Shown: piece after piece, positions 26,821 through 40,418 of the stretch
Layout of the letters: every line of letters starts with the position of its first letter
How positions within the stretch are numbered: the stretch's first letter is position 1
DNA from: Octopus vulgaris
Lineage: Eukaryota
DNA length: 64,000 bases
NCBI GenBank assembly: GCA_951406725.2
Contig: OX597814.1
Location: forward strand, 103,912,001-103,976,000
Direction of reading: 5' to 3'
The notes under the pieces: generated by a model
What the model was told of the DNA's origin: nothing
The model's database searches: none
What the model saw: the letters and a program-made list of their open reading frames with translations, nothing else
Position numbers and translations under genes: made by a program

Positions 26821-26961
26821 AGTTTGATTCAAAATCATTGGTACACCAAGTTTCAAGTGTGATGCTAATCTTCAGCCATTTTGAATTTGATTTAAATTCA
26901 AAATAGCTGAAGATTAGCATCACACTTGAAACTTGGTGTACCAATGATTTTGAATCAAACT
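26821..26961. repeat. Near-perfect 141-bp palindrome with hammerhead-core remnants (CTGAAGA...GAAA) on both strands
   Basis: One mismatch seen between the arms; 3-5 nt loop near 26891. Confidence 0.85.
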
Positions 26962-27064
26962 TTTGATCCATACATGTAACTCCTAATAAATTTGTTGAGT
27001 GCCCTTCTGTCATCTGTCCACTCACTTGTGTGTGTGTGTGTGTATACACACACACACACACACA

Positions 27065-27100
<36 letters not shown>

Positions 27101-27343
27101 TGTATGTATATATCATCATCCAGTGTTTTAAATCCGGGTTTTGTCCCCATTAACGAGTGTAGTCTGATCTATCTCAGTGCCATAGCGCCCACCCTCACAC
27201 AATCTCGCCATCTTGCCTGGTTTGGAGCACCCTCCCTTCTCAAACCAACCCTCCCAATCTCCTCCTCCACCTATCCCCTCCACGTTTTCCTCGGTCTACC
27301 TAGCTTTTGCAAAGTAGAGAGAGGAAAGCCTCATGGTATATGC

Positions 27344-27398
<55 letters not shown>

Positions 27399-28630
27399 CA
27401 CACACACACACAGAGCAATGTATAAAGTGTTCATCCCTTCACAACAAAGCAGAAAGAGATATAAAAAGAGAAAACAACTTGGTTAGGATCTGTTACTGTT
27501 GTAGAACAAGTGTTTGTTGCTGCTGAAGTGTCTGCTGCCTGGCCAAACAGCTGTTGCCACATGTGTCTCCTATCACATAATCTGCCATCGCTGGTGCCTT
27601 ATAGCAACCCGACTAGTGTGGATGGAGATCTGTACCTGATTGATTATTGTTTATAGATCTGTGTATGAGGCCAGGTGTAACACTAAACCACACTGGCTTC
27701 TGCACTTGGTTGAACACGAACCAAGCCAGCTGCTCTTCGTTTTAACCTTTACTTGTTTCGGTCATTAGACTGTGGCCATGCTGGGGCACTGCCTTGAAGA
27801 ATTTACTGCCTTGAAGAATTTCAGTGGAATGAATTGATTTCAATACTTACTTTTTAAAGTTGGGTACCTATTCTATTGGTCTCTTTTGCCAAACTACTAA
27901 GTTACAGGAACATAAACATACCAAGAGGTGGTGATGGGACAAATAAACACACACACACACACGCTCACATGTATTCAACAGGCTTCTTTCATTTTCTCTC
28001 TACCTAATCCACTCAAAAGGCTCCAGGTGGCCTACAACTGTAGTAAAAGACAGTTGTTCAAGGTGGCACAATGCTGGACTGAACCCAGAACCATGCCATT
28101 GGGAAACAAACTTCTTACCACACCACCACCACACCTGATCCTATTAACAAAAGCCACACCTGTTTTCTCATCTCTTGTCCTTCATCTTTACTGATGCCAT
28201 TGGCTTGGCTCTCTTATTTTCCATTTCCTTCCAAACTAAAAACTTTATTTATATTAAAATTTCAGTTAATTTTCAACTTCCACTGCAATCTCCTCCTGCG
28301 CCATGATTCTCACTGCTATATTAACTCAAATTGACTAACAGCAGATGGAAATATTCTAAAATAAACGACTTACTCTAATTACATTCATTAATCCTGTTCG
28401 CCGAAATAATCCTTAATTTTTGACAAGCAGCTCTACCTGTTTTACAACTGAAAAAACACTTTCCTTTTCATTTCAACATCATTTTCTTTACAATTTCTCT
28501 TTTCTTTCCCCACCCCCACCCCTTTACCAAATAAATAAAAAAGAACTTCCCAGTTTATTGCTATTTTATGATCAATTATTTTATTTCATCCTATGATATT
28601 TATCATATTTTGATATATATATATAGAGAG

Positions 28631-29133
28631 AAATACAATAAGAGGCTTCCAAATAGGAAAGCGTTGTGCTAGAAAGAGCAGTAGAAATCTCAAGACCACA
28701 AAAAAGGATAAATTCACAAAAGGAATGAAAATTAAAAACGTTTACCATCTCAACTATTTCCCAGACCGCAGTTTCTAACTATTTCCAGCAACAAAATATT
28801 TGCTGAAGGCCAGTTTTCTTCAGTGGGATAGCCTTTAGATTTCAGACATACAGACCGCCAGATCCACATGTAGAAGTAATGGTTTGTAAATCCTAACTTT
28901 TCAAACCACTGCGCAGACGCAGATTATACCCGGGAACAGAGAGGATGCCGGTAAAAATTTCGAACAAATTTATCAAACAATATTTAAACATAATAAAATA
29001 GGGTAATAATAAATTATTGTTGTAAGACACTGGTAATAATGATTTATTACCCTATTTTATTATATATCTGTGGTCTTGAGATTTCTACTGCTCTTTCTAG
29101 CACAATGCTTTCCTATTTGGAAGCCTCTTATTG

Positions 29134-29138
<5 letters not shown>
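28631..29138. mobile_element. Fold-back Penelope-like element (70-bp inverted ends, internal hairpin 28991-29062, hammerhead)
   Basis: 28631-28700 is the reverse complement of 29069-29138; flanked by (TA)n. Confidence 0.65.
28759..28828 (-). ncRNA. Type-I hammerhead motif with extended stem II
   Basis: Reverse complement reads TCCCA-CTGAAGA-AAACTG..TTCAGCAAA..TTGCTGGA..TAGTTA-GAAA-CTGCGG-TC-TGGGA. Confidence 0.72.
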
Positions 29139-29177
<39 letters not shown>

Positions 29178-29379
29178 ATCACTCATTTGACTGCAGCCAT
29201 ACTAGAACTCTGCCTTAAAGTGTTTTTTAGTGAAATAAATCGACCCCAGGACTTATTCTTTGTTTTATCACCTACTTATTCTATCATTCACTTTTGGTGA
29301 ACTGCTAAGTTATGGACACATAAACACATCAACGTTGGTTGTCAAACAATGGTGGTGGGACAAACACACATGCATAAAT

Positions 29380-30180
29380 ATCATCATCATCGTTTAAGGT
29401 CCGTTTACCATGCTGGCATGGGTTGGACGGTTTGACTGGGGTCTGGGAACCCAGGAGGCTGCACCAGGCCCCAATCTGATCTGGCAGTGTTTCTACAGCT
29501 GGATGCCCTTCCTAACGCCAACCACTCCGTGAGTGTAGTGGGTGGTTTTTACGTGCCACCAGCACAGGGGCCAGAGGAGCTGGCATCGACCACGATCAGA
29601 TGGTGCTTTTTACGTGCCACTGGCGCAGAAGCCAGTCAAGGTAGCACTGACAATGGCCACATTCGGATGGTGCTTTTTACGTGCCACCGGCATGGGGGCC
29701 ACAACTACAATTTCCATTTGATTGTAATTTAATTTGATTTTGATGTAATTGACTCAATAGGTCTCCTCAAGCACAGCATGTCACCCTACGATCCAAGGTA
29801 CTTTTGAGTGGGCTGGTTATGCCACACTGGTATAGGTTATAGCTGTAAACTCACTTTATTTGCCGGGTTTTCTCATTCACAGCATATCTCCAGAGGTCTC
29901 AGTCTTTTGTCATTGTCTCTGTAAGGCTCAACATTCAAAGGTCATGCTTCACCACCTCATCCCATGCTTTCTTGGGTCTCCCTCTACCCCAGATTCCTTC
30001 CACTGTTTGGGAGTGGCACTTCTTCACACAGCTCTCCTCATCCATCTGTAGGACATAGCCATACCAATGCAAACAGCTCTTGCTCGCCATATCCGATGCT
30101 TCTTATGTCTAACATTTCTCTCAGGGCGCCTACATTATGTCATGTGTGCACACTGACATTACACATCCAGTGGATCAAGC
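29380..30180 (-). mobile_element. RTE LINE 3' end
   Basis: Reverse-complement homology to 17990-18782. Confidence 0.8.
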
Positions 30181-31663
30181 TAATATACATACCTTAATAC
30201 CTCACCATATTCACCTATCACGCCCTCAGTACATCACGGATTTTCTGGCTAATATATGTAAATTTATATCACAGACTCCTCACTATATTGCAGGTTTCTG
30301 CGGCTGATAGATATATATTTTTTTTAGATTTTAATTATTTCTGTGGGACATTTTGGAGCATAACACCCACGATAGCCGAGGGATTACTGTATGCATATAT
30401 ATTTATATAACAGGCTTCTTTCAGTTTCTGTCTACCAGATCCACTCACACGGCTTTGGTTGGCCCCCGGGTTATAGTGGAAGATGCTTGCCCAAGATGCC
30501 ACACAGTGGGACTGAACCCGGAATCATGTGGTTGGGAAGCAAGCTTCTTACCACACAGCCAAGGAATTTGAGAGGCCTAAGGTTCATTTCTCTGTAGTGA
30601 CTTGCTGACCACTTTCTGTGGCATGGATGTGGTTGTGTGGTAAGAAGTTTGCTTCCCAGCCATATGGTTCTGGGTTCAGTCCTGTTGCTTGGCACCTTGG
30701 GCAACTGTCTTTTCTTATAGAATCAAGCCAACCAAAGCCTGTCTACAAATTTGGTAGACAGAAACTGAAATATGTTTGTCTGTGTTTGTCTCCCCACCAC
30801 CACTTGGCAGCCATTGTTGGTGTGTTTACATCCCTGTAACCTAGCTGTTCTGCAAAAGAGACTGATAGAATAAGTACCAGGCTTACAAAAAAAAAAAAGA
30901 AGACCTACTGGGGTCAATTCATTCAGCTAAAAACGCCTTCAAGGCAGTGCTCCAGCATGGCCAAGTCAAATGACTAAAATGAGTACAAGGTAAAGATGTT
31001 TTTATTGATTGATTGATATATATTTTCATCATTTTTATTCTTTTTCTGTGTGAAATATTATTGTAATTACATGCAAATTTATGCGTCTCTTTTATTCTCA
31101 TTGTTGTTGTTGTTCTCTTTCCCCTCAGACCTTGTAATCTCCATTAAACTTTGTACATTCACCTTACCTGTTGGTGCTATCCATAATTAATCAGTATTGA
31201 ACGCAGATGCTTCAGGTTGATTATTGAATCTTATCGTTCTTCTCAAGTTACCAATCTGGTTGGCATCAAATAAATCTTTTTTTCTTTTTTTTAGTGTTTT
31301 ACAAAGAAATAGAGCAACACCTGCATTATTTGCTCTCTTTCTTTCTTTCTTTCTTTTTGATCTCTGCTTGAACTGTTTAGAAAATGGTAATATACTGTTT
31401 CTCAGGTACACACATTTACATGTGTACACACACACACACACACTCACACCCACCCATTCACATATTGATATACTCACACACACATGCACAAACAGTAATG
31501 TGCACATGCACTTACACAGGCACACATCCATCCATAAACACACACACACACACACACATTTTTTTATTTTTTTAATCTTTCAGTCATTGAACTGTGGTCA
31601 TGCTAGAGCCCTGCCTTGACAGGTTTAAACGAATCAATACTGCAAGTAATTTTAAACCTGGTA

Positions 31664-31727
<64 letters not shown>

Positions 31728-31839
31728 AAGCTGCTAAGTTATGGGGACGTAAACAAACCAACACAGATTTAGACAACTCAACAAAAACAAGGATGGTCAT
31801 AGCAGCATCACCATAAACTGTTTGAAGAGTAAAAGAGTT

Positions 31840-32870
31840 GCTTTAGAGAGATGAATCTATCAAGAAATCAGGCCACTGGATCAGGCTATGAAGATCACAA
31901 AGTTATAAGCACGATTTGTTCTTCTAGAGAGTAGACTTAGGCAAGATGTAATTTGTCTGAAAGAGGTACCTCAGACGCCATTCTTTGTGATGCGACTGCA
32001 AAAAAACATACTTGGCTAAAAGTAAACTGTTTTTCCTGGTATTCATTAACTTGGAGAAAGTGTGTGACATGGTACCACGTTCGGTAAATTGATGGTCACC
32101 AAAGAAACTAAGTGTAGATGGCTGCACAAATTACATACAAAGCTTCAGTAAATAAAGAGAGAATCGACGATGATTTCAGGGATGAATTTGTGAGGACAGG
32201 GGTTCATCAAGGTTCAGTCCTCTCCTAATCATCACAGTCCTACAGGCCATCACAGAGGAATTTAAGACTGGCTCTCCATGGAAACTCCTGTATGCTGATG
32301 ATCTAGTTCTCATTACTGAATTTATAGGGGAATTAGAGAGGAAATTTCAGGCATAGAAGCTAAACCTGGAATCAAGAGGCCTCAGACTTAGTAAAGATTA
32401 AGGTTTTGGTGCGTAGGAAAGAAGACAGAACTCTAGTGTGTTCAGCAAAATGGCTTTGTTCAATATGCAGAAACGAAGTAGGTATAAATTCCCTGGGCTG
32501 TACCCTGTGTAAGCTATGGACACTAGATGTGTAGTAGAATCATAGGTACCTGATTCCACTGGTACCCAGATTTACTTTTAGCTCCTTTGAACTCTAGCTT
32601 TGAATGCACATATTCATCAACACATGCTAGCTCTACTTCTTTCTAGCTTTTTTCTTTCCTTTAAGGTTCATATTTTCTTTACACTGCAATATCACAGTTC
32701 AAACACAAGCATCATACAGTCTGCCTTTCACTTTGAGTCAAAAAACAAACCCTTTTTAATCAGCAATGGTAATACTTCCCTGAACTTTTCCCAACCTGTA
32801 CTAACCCTGGCTATTCTACTTTCAAAACCAGTACCACACTTGCTAATTGTGTCTCCTTGGTAACAGAAAT
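31840..32870 (+). pseudogene. Degenerate RTE reverse transcriptase fragment (the part after ~32560 is inverted)
   Basis: LEKVCDMVP, GVHQGSVL and LLYADDLV motifs; disrupted frames. Confidence 0.75.
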
Positions 32871-33699
32871 TATTGGCTTATTTCTTGAGCTCTGCATGCA
32901 TTTAAGATAATCTTAAAAGTCAGCTGAGAGAAATCCTGGGTATAAAGACCAATGCATTGTGCAACTGGGGTGTGACGGGATGTGAAGGGAGGAGAATGGC
33001 TGAGTAAAGAAATGCAAAAATGTTTCTTAATTCTTTACACTTAGACACAAATCCAGGCCTAATTTCAAATGCTCGACTCCTTTATGTTGCTTGAACAAAC
33101 CCCACTACTGTATAGCTCTTTAGTGTCTTCAGCAGAGTCCACCCTTTTATCCATGGTTGCCCAGGGTATTGCTCAGTTGTTATTGCTATTTCTTAAATTA
33201 TTAAATTGATAATATATTATTAATTTAGTTTAATCTTAGCAGCTAATATTTTGGCATTCATGAAAAATTATCTGATATATCATAGAATCTCATAAAACCA
33301 TTAGAAATACATTAGAATAGATTTATAAGACATGAAACAGTATCTTTGGGCGGAGCTGTTTTCATAATAAATCTATCTACAAAGGAACCTAATTCTAAAG
33401 ACAAATATTTTGATGAAGATAATAATCGCTACAAGAATATCTTTGAACAGTCAGCAGCCATTACCTCAGTGAATGAGAAAATTTAGAAAACTGAAGGACT
33501 TACATGTGTGTGTGTGTTAGAGTATATATATAATTATATAGTTCTATTTACATATATATAATATATATGTGTAACTTACAAAGCCTTCAACATTTGTTAC
33601 AAATATTATTGTTATATATATATATATATAGGATCACTGCAAAACACAGTGTGGCTACTGAAGAAGAAATGGCAGGAGGAAAGAAAAGAGTTTGGGGCT

Positions 33700-34350
33700 T
33701 TGCTGAACAATTTCCTATCCATGTAGCTGTCCATTAAAAAATGAAGTAAAGCTGCAAACCCTGCTGACTGTATGACTAGACTATAAAAAGGCATTTGACT
33801 GTGTTCTTCGCACAAGGATAACAGAGTCACAATGCCTTCCCGAGATTCCAGCTGTTATAGTTGATACCATTAAAAGACAGACCATTTGCTCCACATTGAT
33901 AAGAACCGGAACAACCATTACAATCACTAACAGAATTAGGATATTAACAGGAAAGGGTTACAGCTTATCTGTAATATTCTCTGTCCTAGCAGGGAACGCT
34001 TTGTCAGCCTTATTAAGGAAATATAAAGGTGACATGTTCAGATTTGCAGAAGAAAGAAAGATTAATGTCAGCCAGACCTTTTTTGTTGATGATCTTAAAC
34101 TGTACTTGAATAATATTCATGACATCAAGAGACAGATTTGGTCACAACATTCTCATGGGTCATCATAAGTGCTCATACTTGACAGTGAAACGAAGAAAGA
34201 TTATTGACCTTGCAAGGAATATGGACAGACACAGAGCTTGTCTGTCTTTCCTATCCCTGGTGATGAAAGTTACTAATGCCTTGGAACGGATTAGAATACT
34301 GCTCATATTGATTTGTGAGTAAAGCTTAGAGTGGCAAAAGAATGCTTCAG
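33700..34350 (+). pseudogene. Highly decayed non-LTR RT fragment (R4/Dong-like)
   Basis: FFVDDLKLY motif and DYK..FD-like upstream remnants. Confidence 0.5.
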
Positions 34351-34438
34351 CAGATTTCAGAAGATATACAAGTCCAGGCAGCTTTTAAGTGCTACATCCT
34401 GTCACTTGGACAACATCTTCTGAACAATAGAGAGAGTA

Positions 34439-34737
34439 CAGTTCTACATTTAAGAGATGACGAATTATGCACATTATTTACATTTGACGGATATATGTCC
34501 ACAGGCATATGGTGTGGTGGTTAAGAGCATGGGCTACTAACCCCAAGATTCCGAGTTCGATTCCAGGCAGTGACCTGAATAATAATAATAATAACATTGA
34601 AAAATACTTTAGGAATAAGAACCCAGGTTTGAAATTTTCCCAAAACACCTGATGAAGTCTGGAAGGCATATCAGCCAAAACGTTGTGTTAACAACAAACA
34701 AGATGAGGACAAATATCCATCAAATGTAAATAATGTA
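34439..34737 (+). mobile_element. tRNA-headed, hammerhead-bearing element (copy 2)
   Basis: Same terminus CAGTTCTA.ATTTAAGAGATGA as copy 1, short inverted arm, tRNA head ~34504-34577, (AAT)n, tail with a hammerhead remnant. Confidence 0.75.
34644..34689 (+). ncRNA. Degenerate hammerhead (GAAA->AAAA), same family as 17858
   Basis: AACAC-CTGATGA-A-GTCTG...CAGCC-AAAA-CGTT-GTGTT. Confidence 0.6.
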
Positions 34738-37450
34738 AGTAGAATGAGCAATGAGTACATCATATATATATACACTCAGCAATGAAAGTAATATGTCTAA
34801 GCAAGGAACTCCAGAATAAGCACAGTATTCCCAGTGAATCAAAGGTGGCCGGACTGCTTTGGGGGCCATGGGGTCTACTTTGGCATGGTCTCTATAGCTG
34901 GATGCCCTTCCTGATGCCAATCAGTTTGTAAAGTGCAGACAGGGTGCATTTTTGTGCCACCAGCAGAAGTGTGGTCATTGTGCAGCTTGCAAGCCTACAA
35001 ATCCCAAAAGAGGCAGCTTTTTTATGCTAGTAGATGAGGGGTTACAGTATGAGAAAAAAGAGGGGACAGTGCAAAAGAGGTTTCTTGTTGTAGGGAAACT
35101 TCTTGGTGAGTGACATTTTAGAAGAAAGAGTGGTGAGTGATCCGGTTGGAGTTGGGAAGAAATGAAAATAGTGGTGATGAGGGGTCTGTGTAGCCTTTGA
35201 AGGTACTGGAAATAAAAGAACTGAGACCATGGGTGGGTTGAGGTGTATGGGGGAGAGGGTGAAGGGTGTGTGAATGTAATGAAGGAAGAACTGGTGTTGA
35301 GGGGTGGATGTGGTGAATAATAGCCTCACAATACATCATAAAAACATTATGTCCTGCATTCACATTTCTTCTTTTATATTCCCTTTGGTTTGTTTCAAGA
35401 TTGTTTCATACTTTTTATTTAGACACTCTGCCATATTCCCTTCTCTGTAGAACTAAGAAAATATTTCTTTGTTTTTTCCATTTTTTTCATTTTCACATAT
35501 GAAATCTTACCATTGACCTTTTTTTACAGTCAATTTTGTCCATGCCATATATTGAATTATTCTATATTTTCAGTTCCATGTACCATTTTTACATGAAAGG
35601 AATAAATATTGGTCTTCCGTTCTATAATGGCTGTTAGTTGTAGACTTTTGTAAAATGGCAACAACCAATAGGAAAGAACTATTTACTGAATCATAAAAGA
35701 CCTAAAATCACACACAAACGCACCCAGCCGTAAGAGAGGGAAGTGATGTTTGCCAGTCAGTGATCAAATGCCACAAGTGTTTGACCTTTTTGCTCAACTT
35801 GATATTCAGAGACCAATGATGTAGATGCTGGAAGAGAGCAATTATCAGTTGTGAAAGAATGGCTGTTTGACACCACTGAGCTAACTACACATACTTTGGG
35901 AGCCACCGACATATACAGGAAGAGCTTGTTCCAGTGACATCAAGTTCTATCACCACCACCACCACCATACCTTGACATTTCTCTTCTCACAACTTCAATG
36001 ATGTTCTTCAACAGTGACAGAGTTTAACTTTTTCATTTACACTTGAAGCGTTAAAGAGCTTTAAACATTATGAGACTGTGATAATGTTTTCATTGTTGGG
36101 AGTATTATTGAATAAAACTGGCAAACTCAGAGTAATTTCACTTCATGACTTAGCTGTGTCTAAAACTAAGACATGAACCAAACTCGGAATACTTTGATTC
36201 CTTCATCTGGTTTTAATTCCTGCAGAGAACCACTTCATTTCACTTACACAATTATTATTATTATTATTATTTTTATTATCATTATTATTATTACTCTTTT
36301 TTACTCTTTTATTTGTTTCAGTAATTTGATTGCGGCCATGCTGAAGCATCGCCTTTGGTCAAGCAAATTGACCCCAGGACTTATTCTTTGTAGGCTTCGT
36401 ACTTATTCTATTGGTCTTTTTTGCCGAACTGCTAAGCTATGGGGACGTAAACACACCAATATCAGATGTCAAGCGATGGTGGGGAGTCAAACACACAAAC
36501 ATGCAATAAGCACCATTCATGTGTGGGTTGTTGCCAGTTCCGCCTGACTGGCTCCCCGTGCTGGTGGCATGTAAAAAGCAACATCCGAATGTGGTTGATG
36601 CCAGCACACCCACCCTGACTGGCTCCTGTTTCGGTAGCATATAAAAAGCACCATCGAAACACGGTTGATGCCAGTGCTACCTGACTGGCTCCCGTGCTGG
36701 TGGCATGTAAAAAGCACCCACTATACTCTGAGTGGTTGGTGTTAGGAAGGGCATCCAGCTGTAGAAACACTGCCAAATCAGATTGGAACTTGTGCAGCCT
36801 CCTGGCTTGCCAGTCCCCAGTCAAACCGTCCAATGCATGCCAGCATGGAAAACAGACGTCAAGTGATGATGATGATGATATATACAATGGGCTTCTTTCA
36901 ATTTCTATCTACCAAATCCACTCCCAAGGCTTCGGTTGGCCGGAGGCTATAGTAGAAGACACTAGCCCAAGGTGCCACACAGTGGGACTGAACCTGGAAC
37001 CATGTGGTTGGTAAGCAAGCTTCTTACCACACAGCCATGCCTGCACGTTATAATATTGGTGAGAAAGGCAGTGAGCTGGAAGAACTGTTAGCTGGAGAAA
37101 ATGGCTAGCAGCATTTCTTTTGGCTTTATGCTGCTGGGATTGATAGAACAAGGAACAGTTGAGTTCTTGGATTGAGGTAATCAACATATCCCCCCTCCCG
37201 CAAACTTGTTTGCCTTGTGCCAGAATTTGAAACTATTATATTGGGGAGAGACATGAACATCACAACATCTTATCTGGGTCTTCGTTCACCTCTCAGCTGT
37301 CATCTATTATAAAATAAATTCATTGTTTCGTAATTAAGAATTTTATTTGATAATTTTTTGCTTTTTATTTTCTTCTAGGATTTTTCTTGCTGTATTTTTC
37401 TACATTTGTTCCTAATTAAAGCTTCGTTAAAACTTTCTGTTTTGTTTCAG

Positions 37451-37637
37451 GTTATTGTCTCATTGTAATGACTCCACCCTTGATCAGAAAACCTGCCAGG
37501 AGTATATACTCTATTTGTGTCCTGTTGGGCCTCTTCAGAAGCAACTTGCCGATTATTTTGAAAAGACTAGAGTACAGTGCGGCTGGAATGGAGCTCATGC
37601 TTATTTCCCTCATATCACCCTCTGTCATTTCTTTAAG
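37451..37637 (+). CDS. UBASH3B: UBASH3/STS homolog exon (UBA end; start of 2H-phosphoesterase domain, first HxT motif HITL)
   Basis: tttgtttcAG acceptor, AAG|GTAGAT donor; LLSHCNDSTLDQKTCQEYILYLCPVGPL...AHAYFPHITLCHFFK, typical of UBASH3A/B; phase 2-0. Confidence 0.95.
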
Positions 37638-37721
37638 GTAGATTTCTTACTTCATTTCATCGGAAACTCAAACACATAGAAATGGCAGCCAAATCTTCCT
37701 CTAATCTTAAATAAAGAAACA

Positions 37722-37832
37722 ATATATCAGAGTATATAGATCTAGACATAATCCTGATAAATCAGATAATATAGATCTAAGCATGATCCTTATATATCAG
37801 ATAATATAGATCTAGACATAATCCTAATCAGA
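37722..37832. repeat. ~35-bp tandem repeat x3 (ATCAGATAATATAGATCTAGACATAATCCT)
   Basis: Directly visible. Confidence 0.75.
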
Positions 37833-38895
37833 CATGATGCTTATGACTAGAAAAATCTTTGATCTTTGGTCAACTGGTTTAGGATTAACCTGGAACTAAG
37901 CAGCTATAACAACGCTATTTACAAAACTTACATGCATTCTTTTTTTATTAATAAACTTCATTAATTTATTAAATTAGCTGTTATTTCCATTTTTGCTGTG
38001 TATTTGTTGCCTTTCCTCCACACTGTTGCACCTCCTCCACGTCTATCCAGTTTGTACTTGATAATCCCCCATTCTAAGACGGACCCCATCTCACAATTCT
38101 ACTTCTAAATACTGCTCAAACAATCAAATTGACAAATCGGCAACAAATTGAGGAGTAAAGAGTAGATTTTAAGGTATAAAGTTTTGGGTTTTTTTGGCAC
38201 TTTGTTTTAAAATCTATTTTATTTATTAAAAAGGAAAAACGAGATTATTTTCTCTCTATTCCCAAACAGATGGGCACTCCTTTCTTTTGCAACTGGGGTG
38301 GCCAAGTATCTCATCTAAAGTTAGATATTTATATCTACCCAACTTTTATATTTTAACCTCTTAATTGGCACAAATCCACCTCCTTCGGTTCCCCTCCGTC
38401 TTGCTGTTGAGAGGTCTTCATCTCACACTTGGTGACTCTACTGGTGTTGGTGTCCCATACAAAAGCCCCAGTGCTGGTGCCACATAAAAAAAGCACCCAG
38501 TACACTATGGTTGGCATTAGGAAGGGCATCCAGCTATAGAAACCATTCCAAAGCAGACAGTGGAACCTGGTGCAGCACTATGACTTGCCTAGTTCCTGTC
38601 AGACTGTCCAGCATGGAAGATGGATGTTAAATGATGAGGATGGTGTGTGCATGTCTGAAAGGATATTGCTTGCAGTAAGGGACTAGCTCGGAATTTACCA
38701 TTTCTGTATATGGAATGATATTTCTCTGATTTGAAACTAAATAAAAAAATAAACAAAAACCAGATATAACCAGTATTATTGTTAGCTAAAAATAGATATT
38801 CAAAAATTCTCATCTCTCCTATAATTAATTTGATTTTCAACTTCATTTATTAATCAAATGATATTGAAACTTAAACCTCTGTTTTTATTTTACAG

Positions 38896-39088
38896 GCAGA
38901 GGACAGTAAAATTCCCTATTTGACCAAAGCTTTAAATAAACTCCAAGAGAAACTGTTAAAAGCGCCGGGCCACTTAGAGCTTGAGTTTTTCTCTCAAGTC
39001 AACTTTATCGGTCTCTTAGTACAGAAATGTTATTATGATTTCTTGGAGGAAATTGTTGCTGATTATGCTGAAGAGATTCGTAAAGTAG
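38896..39088 (+). CDS. UBASH3B: UBASH3/STS homolog exon (2H-phosphoesterase middle)
   Basis: ttttacAG acceptor, TAG|GTAAGG donor; AEDSKIPYLTKAL...NFIGLLV...YAEEIRKV; phase 0-1. Confidence 0.92.
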
Positions 39089-39500
39089 GTAAGGTTTTTC
39101 TTCTTTTCTTTTTTCCTTACACTCAGTTTTTTTGTCTTTTTTTTTTATCTTCATTATTTCTTTTGAAGTTTTATTTCAAATTTTACCAGCATGTCATTAC
39201 ATGTTTCAGCAAACTGCCAGTGTGCACGTGTGTCATATATATATAAATATATATATATAAATATATATATGTATAGGCGAGCTGGCAGAAACGTTAGCAT
39301 GCCAGGCGAAATGCTTAGCGGTATTTTGTCTGTCATTACGTTCTGAGTTCAAATTCCGCCAAGGTCGACTTTGCCTTTCGTCCTTTTGGGGTAGATAAAT
39401 AAAGTACCAGTTTCACACTGGGGTCGATGTAATCGACTTAATCCCTTTGTCTGTTCTTGTTTGTCCCCTCTATGTTTAGCCCCTTGTGGGCAGTAAAGAA

Positions 39501-39531
<31 letters not shown>

Positions 39532-40049
39532 TATAAGTCCAACCCATGCTAGCATGGAAGGCAGACACTAAACAATATACACACACACATGTACATAGAC
39601 TTATATACAGACGTTTGTGTATGTGTATACACTCACTTGCAAATATTTACTAATATAAACACACCTGTATGTAAACAAAGATTTCTACTTAAATGTTTTA
39701 TCTTTGTGACATTTTGGTCTTAAATATTCAGAGATTGTCTTTTATAGAATCAGTCTGTCTGTGTGTCACTCTCGATACATATCAGCATTTTTCTAATCAG
39801 TTTACGAAATAACAATCAGAAAAACAAGAATATTTGTTCCTGGTTAAAAGTATTCCAGTGACACATGTTGTTATTTGGCCTTATCTCTCTCTTTCTCAAC
39901 TGGTGACTGATATTACATTTCATTCAGAGTGTGAAATCAAAAAAAGAATGTTTGCTTTGAAGAATATTTATGAGGGGGGGGGTGATACATAGACCATACT
40001 GTGAGTGTAAAATATATATTTACACTGTGTACACACACACACACGCATA

Positions 40050-40418
40050 TCTCTCTCTGTATATATATAAACGGCAAAATGCCTGTCTGTGTGTGTGTGT
40101 ACGTATCCTTTATACAAATCCACAATTTTTCAGTTAGAGGGCTCGCACTTTCTATGGTCATTCAAAACTGTCCAAGGGTGGTCGTGCACACCTTTACATT
40201 TCCCCAGTCACCCTGCAAAGCCATTAAAAAATCAATAGAAGTGAGTTTTTTGTGAATTTTCTATCCAAATCCCAATCAAAATGCCCGAAACTTGATACAC
40301 CAGTTGAATGCCAGCTAGCTGTATGTGATTGGTCAGAGATTTGGACAGTACTCACGTGTATGTGCACACGCACGCAGCTGTATATGCATGCACTAGCACT
40401 ATGACCCGGCATTGCTAG
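40050..40418 (+). mobile_element. Non-autonomous Helitron-like element
   Basis: A|TC..TATATATAAAC start, GTCTGTGTG region, 3' GC-rich hairpin remnant ending CTAG|T. Confidence 0.5.

Noticed and set aside
34504-34577. tRNA gene
   Set aside because: Acceptor and anticodon stems are imperfect and it is embedded in a repeated element; treated as a SINE head.
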